Under the pieces are notes generated by a model that was not told where the DNA came from, did no database searches, and worked only from the letters and a program-made list of their open reading frames with translations. A stretch of 64,000 nucleotides of DNA from a virus. Of this stretch, positions 35,794 to 43,419 are shown in pieces (positions within the stretch are counted from its first letter, which is position 1; the number at the start of each line of letters is the position of its first letter). The position numbers were made by a program, and so were the translations under genes. The stretch lies in IMG/VR virus record IMGVR_UViG_3300045988_143356. One strand, given 5' to 3'.

Positions 35794-36870
35794 ATGGCAA
35801 ACATAACTGTACAGAATCATTTCACGATAAGGCGGCTCCGCACCGGAGACACCCTTTTTCTCACAATAGCCAACAACGGCGTGCCGCTTATGCAGACAGT
35901 TAACACCGCAACCGGCGTGCCCACACCTGATTGGACCATAGAGTCCAACCAACCCGTGTTGACACCGAAGGTTAATGCTGCAAGCGGTAATCCCGTTGTG
36001 CTTTCTGCGCATAAATGGCTGTATAACGGTTCCGAGCTGACTTTCTCTGGCGCTACGACAGATGGTTGGATTCTTGATACCACAGAACGGTTCAAGGTTA
36101 ACGAGGCTACCGGCGCGCTGCGGATAGTGGCCAATCTTGGCGGCACGGATAACCTTGACGGCGATGTGCTTCAATACTCGTGTGTCGCCACCGCCGGCGA
36201 GGTGAATTATCCCATGGCGAGGAGCGTGGATATTCAGATTTTCGGGTCAGATGCCGCGTCCTATTATGGCATGATCACTGCCACCACAGAACAGATTACC
36301 GCAAATACGCCTACCGCCACGGTGACGACACGGCTGTTTTTCGGAAGCGAAGAGAAGACAGGATACACCGTGAAATGGTACAAGGACGAGGATATTTGGA
36401 CAGAGAAGGGAAACGGCTCCTCTATCATTGTGAATCGTGGAGATGTTGACGGGGCACAGCTTATCATAGCCGAGTTCTACGAGTCTGCCGAGGACATCTC
36501 GCCAGTGTTCCGCGCTGGTATCAGGATAATCGACACGCTGGATGACTATTTTGTCGCGCACAGATACGTCGTGTCTGCCACGAACAGGGCCACGACCGGA
36601 GCGAACACAGAGGTGGCACCGAACAAACCGGTTTATCTGGAAGCCTATGTGGTCAATGTCCGGACTAACGTGGAGTTGACCGGAATAACAGATGCCAAGT
36701 GGGTATCTAATATTATGGACAAAGACACCTGGACTTCATTGCTGCGTGTCCCGGTGACGGGTGAGAATACGGGGGCGACCAACCTCGTCATGGTAACCAC
36801 CGCCCAGACAGACAAGGACAATGTTGAAAAAGATGTGGTCGTGGTGTCCGAAGTGGAATGGTCTTTGTGA
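35794..36870 (+). CDS. baseplate/fibre-associated structural protein
   Basis: 358 aa, beta-rich repeat-like sequence. Confidence 0.55.
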   Translation: MANITVQNHFTIRRLRTGDTLFLTIANNGVPLMQTVNTATGVPTPDWTIESNQPVLTPKVNAASGNPVVLSAHKWLYNGSELTFSGATTDGWILDTTERFKVNEATGALRIVANLGGTDNLDGDVLQYSCVATAGEVNYPMARSVDIQIFGSDAASYYGMITATTEQITANTPTATVTTRLFFGSEEKTGYTVKWYKDEDIWTEKGNGSSIIVNRGDVDGAQLIIAEFYESAEDISPVFRAGIRIIDTLDDYFVAHRYVVSATNRATTGANTEVAPNKPVYLEAYVVNVRTNVELTGITDAKWVSNIMDKDTWTSLLRVPVTGENTGATNLVMVTTAQTDKDNVEKDVVVVSEVEWSL

Positions 36871-36890
36871 TTTTTTAGTAATTTTGTGCT

Positions 36891-37058
36891 ATGGCAACTA
36901 AAGATTTAGGAACAGCAATATTGGGAACGGCCTTGACAAAGGACGACACTATACTGGCGGAGGTCGGCGGCTCCATCCGAAGAATCCCCGTATCGGTATT
37001 GGCGGACGTTCTGCGCGCCTTGGCATCCGAAAACAATACAAGTTCAGACAACCAATAG
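36891..37058 (+). CDS. small hypothetical protein (55 aa)
   Basis: ATG 36891 to TAG 37056-37058, translated by hand (MATKDLGTAILGTALTKDD…); below the ORF-track size cut-off. Confidence 0.35.
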   Translation: MATKDLGTAILGTALTKDDTILAEVGGSIRRIPVSVLADVLRALASENNTSSDNQ

Positions 37059-37078
37059 TTTTTGAATCAGAATTTGTG

Positions 37079-37088
37079 TATCTTTGCA
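37079..37088 (+). promoter_or_regulatory. candidate promoter -7 box TATCTTTGCA
   Basis: Third identical copy, 20 nt before ATG 37108 at the start of the lower-GC fibre cassette. Confidence 0.4.
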
Positions 37089-37107
37089 ACACTTGATATA
37101 TTGTAAG

Positions 37108-38220
37108 ATGGACAATTGTACTTGCATCTCAAGAGAGAGAGTTTCTATTGTATATGGCAATGATTTCACAATCGAGGCCCATGTCTCCGTTTACGATAAG
37201 GACGAAGGTATATATAAGCTGCTCGACCTTACTGGCGTGAAGGAATGTCAGATGCGTCTGGTCGGGACTTATCGCAAAGCCATCGGCAAAGACATTACAG
37301 TCACCGGGTCTAAGGTCACGGCTTTCTTTCCGGGCGGCTCCGTCGGAGTCGGCACTTACGGAGTTGAGATAACTTTTGTTGACTCGCTCGGCAAGGGAAG
37401 AATCTTTGAGCGCAACCTTATCGGTATAGTGTCAGCCAGCGGTGATGCAACCGTGGACAATATTATCGAGGGGGAGACCGGCGAGGGGCTGAACGTCACG
37501 GTCAATGTTTTAACCCGTACCGTGAGAATCGGCACGAGTGGGGGGTCTTGCGTTCCCGATTCGGCGCTTTCTGAGACCAGTGAGAATTGCGTGCAGAACA
37601 GAGTCGTGACAGGAGCCATAAGGGAGTTGCAGGACTACTGCTTCCCGACTTCACTTGAGGCTTCCATCTCGCCGTCTTCGGCAGAATGGACAGGTAACTC
37701 AGTAGAGGTCAGTGTATCTTTCAGGGTTCTCAGAAACTCTAAGCCAGTAGTAGCTGACACTGTCCAGATCCAGTTCAACGGCGAGACTAAGACCCTGGAG
37801 AATGTAGCGGAGGGCTCAGAGAAATTCACTCTCTCTACTCAGGGCTACAAATCTGGCTCAGTCACTGCTAAGAAGGGCAGTACTACCATAAAGAACTCAC
37901 CAAGGTCTATCAGTGCTAATCTTTATCTCCCAGTATATTATGGATTCTCTAAGGCCACCACAGGAAATGAGTTGACTATCACTTCACTGACTAAGGGAGG
38001 CTCTTCTCTCAATGGTACCAAGACTCTTAACAATGATGATGCTACTAAGTACTTGTGGCTCTGCGTCCCTAACACCATGTCGATCAACAAGGTTACATCT
38101 GGTGGTTTCGATGTTCCGTTCTTGGCTTCAGTAGAGGCTTCTACTCCACTGGGAACCTACAAGTGCTATCGAACTAAGGATCTTCCTGGTGCTGGCTCTA
38201 TGACCATTGTTATCTCTTAA
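37108..38220 (+). CDS. fibre-cassette structural protein
   Basis: ATG 37108 inside track ORF 37084..38220 (track start is TTG); Ser/Thr/Gly-rich beta-type sequence. Confidence 0.55.
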   Translation: MDNCTCISRERVSIVYGNDFTIEAHVSVYDKDEGIYKLLDLTGVKECQMRLVGTYRKAIGKDITVTGSKVTAFFPGGSVGVGTYGVEITFVDSLGKGRIFERNLIGIVSASGDATVDNIIEGETGEGLNVTVNVLTRTVRIGTSGGSCVPDSALSETSENCVQNRVVTGAIRELQDYCFPTSLEASISPSSAEWTGNSVEVSVSFRVLRNSKPVVADTVQIQFNGETKTLENVAEGSEKFTLSTQGYKSGSVTAKKGSTTIKNSPRSISANLYLPVYYGFSKATTGNELTITSLTKGGSSLNGTKTLNNDDATKYLWLCVPNTMSINKVTSGGFDVPFLASVEASTPLGTYKCYRTKDLPGAGSMTIVIS

Positions 38221-38233
38221 AACTTAGAATATC

Positions 38234-38590
38234 ATGGCAGATTATATCAAGATCTATGGCGAACTAAGACGACCCTTAGGGGGACAATATGTCACAGACT
38301 CAGATCAGATAAAGCACAAAAATGAGACCGTAAAAGAGGTTCTCGATAGACTAGACGGTGTCACCTACGTAGATGTCCCAGAGCTCGAGAACGATTACAT
38401 TGTTCAGGCAAGCGCATCTCACAAAGAGACTGTCTATACTATCGAAGTGGGAGCAACCATTCATGCTATCGTGGGTGACTCCACCATTAAATGGATGAAC
38501 GGAGAGGCTCCTGTAACTCAAGCTGATCGCATATACGTGGTCTCAGTGATCGGGTCTCTGGCCGTCTGGGGAGAATTTCCAAAAGCTTAA
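38234..38590 (+). CDS. hypothetical protein
   Basis: 118-aa ORF in the fibre cassette. Confidence 0.5.
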   Translation: MADYIKIYGELRRPLGGQYVTDSDQIKHKNETVKEVLDRLDGVTYVDVPELENDYIVQASASHKETVYTIEVGATIHAIVGDSTIKWMNGEAPVTQADRIYVVSVIGSLAVWGEFPKA

Positions 38591-38593
38591 GCT

Positions 38594-38773
38594 ATGAGTG
38601 TATTTAGAGCTCTGATGATGCACAAGCATCAGCCTCTGAGTGAGTTTATTAAACTTATTCCAGAGAACTTAGAATTTCCGAACCCAGAGAGCACTAAAGA
38701 TCTAACTATAGAATCTAATGCTCCATGGACTCTTGGAGTTAAATACAACGACGAAACACCTAACAAAGGATAA
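38594..38773 (+). CDS. small protein carrying the first half of a BACON-like domain (59 aa)
   Basis: Hand translation MSVFRAL…KDLTIESNAPWTLGVKYNDETPNKG; LTIESNxxWTL matches the C-terminus of 38804..40456. Confidence 0.35.
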   Translation: MSVFRALMMHKHQPLSEFIKLIPENLEFPNPESTKDLTIESNAPWTLGVKYNDETPNKG

Positions 38774-38803
38774 TTTATTAATTTCTTAAAAACCATTAAA
38801 AGT

Positions 38804-40456
38804 ATGGCAAAACCGAGTTGGATTAAACTGGGCAAGAGCTCAGGTTCCATGAACGATTCCACAACTGTTACCGCCAGTGAGTACACGGGGCGTCAGCAGA
38901 GAGGTGGAACAATCACTGCTAAAACAACTGGAGGTGCAACCGACACTACTTCAGTTTCGCAGGCCGGTAAGGCTGAGTTCATTAATGTGCCGACCAAGAC
39001 TTACAATGCCGCTGCAAAGGGTAGCAACTCTGACGGTTCTGACACCATTCAGATCACTGGTACCGCAAATACGGCAAACATCAAGGTGGCCGAGACTACT
39101 GGCAAGATTATCCCTGGGGCAGCCTACAAGATCCAAGTCAACGCAGTCAATGATGAGTCTTGGGATGGAAAGACTGACACTGGCATTGATGACGATCCGG
39201 GTAAGGATGCTCAGTTCACTTTCACTATCGACGTCAAGATCCCAGAGAACAAGACTGAAGCTGCCAGAACATTGGAGATCAAGCTTCAGAATGGTAACGG
39301 TGATGTGACCACAGAAGCTATCACTATCACTCAGGCCAAGGGTGTCAAGTCTTATGGTGCTGTTACCCTCACCGTGGGCACTTATCAGCAAATCCCAGCT
39401 GCCGGTGGTACTGTTGATGCTCCTTCTGTTTCCTTCTCACAGCCTTGGGGATGGAACGGTAAAACTTCGGGTGGGGGAACCATTACTACTGGTGGCACTG
39501 TTGCTTATGCAACTAAGACCGGATGGCCTTCAGCTCTTACCCTTGCCACAGCTACGGGTCAGGTATCTGCGGAATCTCGTACAACCGTGGTTGGAGACGT
39601 GATTTCAGGCACTGTAACTATCACTCTCAATGCTAATGGCAAGTCTGCTTCCAAAGAGGTTTCAGTTAGTCAGCAAGCCAATTCCGTTACTTATGCAGTT
39701 ACGGATGTGACACTGGCTGCTCCAGCTGACATCCCAGCTTCCGGAGGTTCAGTATCTTCTACTACGGTTACAGCCAAGGGTTCACAGACTTACACCTCGG
39801 GTTCAGTCACCAGTGATGTTGCCCTCACCAACGGCTCTGATGATTGTACCATCACCTTTAGTGAGGGAGTTTCAGCTGCTTCACTTGGTACAACTGTTAC
39901 CAACAGAACTAAGAAGGGCACTCTCACTGCTACGGTTACTTGGAAGACTACAGCTACCAAGTCCGCTTCTGTAGATGTATATCAGGCAGCCAACACCGCT
40001 ACTTACGGTGACATCACCTTTGACTCTGCCGTTGCCACAGAGGTTTCACTCAAGGCTGACGGTACCCAAAGCCGCAACATGACCGACAACTCCAGTGTTG
40101 GAGCCAAGCAGACTGTCACCTATACTTCGGGCGCCACCAGAACAGAGGCTAGCGCCACTGCTGCGGTTGTCTTCGATCTCAGTCCAAAGGTCAAGACCGC
40201 CGCAACTGGGTTTGCTCTCTCTTCTGACGGCATCGTCTCTGTTGGAGCCAATCCTACTACTGAGCCTCGTGGAGGCTTCGTTGTGACGGTTACTGTCACC
40301 GGCGAGGGCGACAAGACTGCCACCAGAGACTTCACGTTTAGTCAGCAGGGGTCTTCTTCCTACATCAACCTCACTCCAGAGAGCCTCACCTTTGTGGCTG
40401 CCGGAGAATCCAAGGAGCTCACTATAGAGTCAAACGACAGCTGGACTCTTGAATAA
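38804..40456 (+). CDS. BACON-like repeat tail fibre / receptor-binding protein 1
   Basis: N-terminus MAKPSWIKLGKSSGS…TGRQQRGGTI…VSQAG (second half of a BACON-like unit); C-terminus …LTFVAAGESKELTIESNDSWTLE (first half); paralogue of 40527..43331. Confidence 0.7.
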   Translation: MAKPSWIKLGKSSGSMNDSTTVTASEYTGRQQRGGTITAKTTGGATDTTSVSQAGKAEFINVPTKTYNAAAKGSNSDGSDTIQITGTANTANIKVAETTGKIIPGAAYKIQVNAVNDESWDGKTDTGIDDDPGKDAQFTFTIDVKIPENKTEAARTLEIKLQNGNGDVTTEAITITQAKGVKSYGAVTLTVGTYQQIPAAGGTVDAPSVSFSQPWGWNGKTSGGGTITTGGTVAYATKTGWPSALTLATATGQVSAESRTTVVGDVISGTVTITLNANGKSASKEVSVSQQANSVTYAVTDVTLAAPADIPASGGSVSSTTVTAKGSQTYTSGSVTSDVALTNGSDDCTITFSEGVSAASLGTTVTNRTKKGTLTATVTWKTTATKSASVDVYQAANTATYGDITFDSAVATEVSLKADGTQSRNMTDNSSVGAKQTVTYTSGATRTEASATAAVVFDLSPKVKTAATGFALSSDGIVSVGANPTTEPRGGFVVTVTVTGEGDKTATRDFTFSQQGSSSYINLTPESLTFVAAGESKELTIESNDSWTLE

Positions 40457-40472
40457 GACTGTCATAAGGTGG

Positions 40473-40490
40473 GAGGGGGCAAAACCCCTC
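40473..40490 (+). terminator. weak terminator-like hairpin between fibre genes
   Basis: GAGGGG-GCAAAA-CCCCTC followed by a poor T-tract. Confidence 0.3.
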
Positions 40491-40526
40491 TCATCTTCTA
40501 ATTTATTCTAAAAAAACAGAATCATC

Positions 40527-43331
40527 ATGGCAAAACCAAGTTGGATCACTGTAGTATCCGGGTCTACAGGAAGTGGCTCAGGGACAAGATCACTAAAAGC
40601 AAGCTCCCATACTGGAAGGTCAAGCAGATCAGGCTCTATCAAAGGAGTTACCTCTGGTGGCGCCTCTGATTCTGTAGTTCTCTCACAGGTTGGAGCTGGT
40701 GAGTTTATCAGGGTAGACAAGGCTTTCTATTTTGTTGCAGCTCTGGGTGGCACCGTGAAAATCACTGGCACCAGCAACTCACCATCTCTGAAGCTGACTA
40801 ATCACACCAGACCATATTTACTTTCCAACTTTGCCCTTAAGGTGAACGGGACTGCCTATTCATGGGATGGGAACGCCTCTCATCAGATATCGGGTGATCC
40901 TGGGGCATCTAGCTCTTACACTTTTGAGATCTCCTTTGACGTGGCAGAGAATCAGACAGAGAACTCCAGGGACAGCACTTTCAGGCTCCGCGATTCGAGT
41001 GATCCTAGGGTGTCTTCTAAAATCATTACTATTAGACAGACAGCAGGCGAGAAGACCTACGGCACTGCAAGTGTCAATATGAGATATTCTAATTGGAATA
41101 TAGGCGCAGAAGGAGGAGTTGCTACCCCTTCTTACGAATTTTCAATCCCTTGGGGATGGAATGGCAAAACATCTGGTGGTGGAACTCTTACCCAATCTAA
41201 TTCTTCCCATTCTGTAAAATACACCTATTATACTGATCCTCCTGGTTCTCCTTATAACTGGACCTTAAACGAGCAAACAGGAGAGCTAGTTATGGATTCT
41301 CTGGGAAAGGTCATCACTGATTCTTATAAGAAAGCCCGTATTAAGATAACCATTGTCGTTGATGGCCAGACATTGACTTCCACCGACTTTGTAAGACAGG
41401 ATCCTAATAAGGCTACATACACTTTAAGCTCTGCTTCTGTTTCATTAGATGATATCCCAGCATCGGGTGGCTCAGCTGACTCACCAAACTTTATCTCAGC
41501 TTCAGGCAAGATTGATTATTCTTCTGGAGAATCCGATACTCTTTCTATAACATCCTCAGATGTTATCATTACGTTGTCTAAAACTGTAAATGGCTCGAAT
41601 CTTGGTTCAACTGTTAAGGCCAGAACAAAACTTGACACAATTATAGCCACTATAACCTGGAATGGTTCCCAAATAACCCAAAGCATTGATGTGTACCAAC
41701 AGGCCAATCAGGTAACCTATTCATCAGTTAGCGCCACATCTTCTACTGTAATTATTCCAAAGACTGGTGGGGATGTGGATATAGCTGCCAAGGTATCCCC
41801 GAACCAGACAGCCACCTATACTTCTGGTGCTACTAGAACCACAACTGATTTTACCTATGAGTTTACATCAGTACCAAGTTTGGTAACTATTGATGAGCTT
41901 AATCTCAAGGCCACTGTTGGTAAGAACGTCACAGGTTTAACTAGAGACGACACTATTGAAATGAAGATAACCGGCGAGGGGAGCAAGTCAACTACAGCAT
42001 CTATATCTTATCATCAGGAGTCTTTAGTTATGCCTTCTTGGGATGTTCCTGCTACATTCCGTTTTGACAGTATTGGTCAAAGTGATCTATCTCCATCAGG
42101 CTTGGATTTGAATATATCTGCCCCAGATAATGTGGGTTGGACTATTGAAGGACCTTCTTATGTTGGCAACCGTTTAGTAAGTGGCGACCCGCTACCAATA
42201 AGTGGTACCGGAAATAAGAGCTTGTCTCTGGCACCTGATGTTAACACTTCTTCAGAGAGAACCTTTGATCTCGTTCTTAAAGCTTCTACTGGAGATGTGA
42301 TTGCCACTTGCAATTGTACACAGGATGCTTCTGCTGAACAAGCTCACACTCTCACTATTACTCATGAAGTTTGTGGTAAGTTGAATGTCGCTTCGGGCGA
42401 TATCACCATTTGTGTATCACCATTTGGAACTCTCAATGAGTTTAATGAAGACTATCTTGAATTAGGGACAACTGATTATGTAAATGATAGTAATCTTGGT
42501 CTATCAGTTGCGCACTCGGTTATAGAACAGCTATCTACTAAGCTTAACGTAGGTGATTGGATGGATTGCAACTATCTCTACTTCTGGGTTAAGAATGGAA
42601 GTACCCAAGCTAACGTAGTTCCAGTGTTTGGATCAACTTCTAAGACTCACTTTACCAATACTACTTTTGTGTTCTATGAGTATGACCTTATTACTTCTAA
42701 TCTGAAGAATCAGCTGTCAAACTTTGCAGCTTCAGGAAATACAGACTCGATAGATCTCTCAGAGACTTACGGTGTGAACCTGCTTTCTACCCGTAAGATG
42801 ACCCTTAAGGGCACATTCCCTGTGGCTTTTGCACAAGATCCTACAGGTTATGATATGGAAGCGTTCTTACGTCTTTATTACCATGCAGGAAGCGAGATAT
42901 GCTATGCTCCGGTGATCCCTATTCAACTCTTTGACAACATTGACACTTCAACCGATTCAAACGGGAATATAATTAAGAATATAAACTTCTATCGAGTTAT
43001 ACCATTGACTCAGTCAACTAATTATATAACCTTTAATGGATGGGAGATATTCTTGATTAACAATATTGATGTTTATAACGTAGTTGCAAAAGCCCATGAT
43101 GGACATATAAATTTAACCGCAGAGCCTATTTCAGCTAATATGAGTTTTGGATTCTCAGTAGGTACTGGTCCTGATAATGATACTGAGGTTACTGGTGATA
43201 AGTGGTTAGCTCCGTTTGATGAGGATGGTGATCAATCTTATTGGGGCTGGGATTTTGGATCCTTGGATAATGATTGTACGATGGATGTTAGTGCTGCTAC
43301 CGGTGAATCATGGATTGCTCTATTTAGCTAG
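40527..43331 (+). CDS. BACON-like repeat tail fibre / receptor-binding protein 2
   Basis: MAKPSWITVVSGSTGSGSG…GRSSRSGSI…LSQVG; shares PWGWNGKTSGGGT with fibre 1; divergent 500-aa C-terminal part. Confidence 0.7.
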   Translation: MAKPSWITVVSGSTGSGSGTRSLKASSHTGRSSRSGSIKGVTSGGASDSVVLSQVGAGEFIRVDKAFYFVAALGGTVKITGTSNSPSLKLTNHTRPYLLSNFALKVNGTAYSWDGNASHQISGDPGASSSYTFEISFDVAENQTENSRDSTFRLRDSSDPRVSSKIITIRQTAGEKTYGTASVNMRYSNWNIGAEGGVATPSYEFSIPWGWNGKTSGGGTLTQSNSSHSVKYTYYTDPPGSPYNWTLNEQTGELVMDSLGKVITDSYKKARIKITIVVDGQTLTSTDFVRQDPNKATYTLSSASVSLDDIPASGGSADSPNFISASGKIDYSSGESDTLSITSSDVIITLSKTVNGSNLGSTVKARTKLDTIIATITWNGSQITQSIDVYQQANQVTYSSVSATSSTVIIPKTGGDVDIAAKVSPNQTATYTSGATRTTTDFTYEFTSVPSLVTIDELNLKATVGKNVTGLTRDDTIEMKITGEGSKSTTASISYHQESLVMPSWDVPATFRFDSIGQSDLSPSGLDLNISAPDNVGWTIEGPSYVGNRLVSGDPLPISGTGNKSLSLAPDVNTSSERTFDLVLKASTGDVIATCNCTQDASAEQAHTLTITHEVCGKLNVASGDITICVSPFGTLNEFNEDYLELGTTDYVNDSNLGLSVAHSVIEQLSTKLNVGDWMDCNYLYFWVKNGSTQANVVPVFGSTSKTHFTNTTFVFYEYDLITSNLKNQLSNFAASGNTDSIDLSETYGVNLLSTRKMTLKGTFPVAFAQDPTGYDMEAFLRLYYHAGSEICYAPVIPIQLFDNIDTSTDSNGNIIKNINFYRVIPLTQSTNYITFNGWEIFLINNIDVYNVVAKAHDGHINLTAEPISANMSFGFSVGTGPDNDTEVTGDKWLAPFDEDGDQSYWGWDFGSLDNDCTMDVSAATGESWIALFS

Positions 43332-43419
43332 TTGCCAAAATTTGAAGGAAGATTACCAAAATTTATAGGTACCCTATAATCCGATAGGACTGTATGTTGA
43401 AATCATATCATAATAATCC

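Noticed and set aside
38804-43331. Gin/Cin-type invertible fibre segment driven by the serine recombinase
   Set aside because: Both fibre genes and all neighbours are co-directional. The shared 5' sequences are direct repeats, not inverted. The recombinase gene is 20 kb away.
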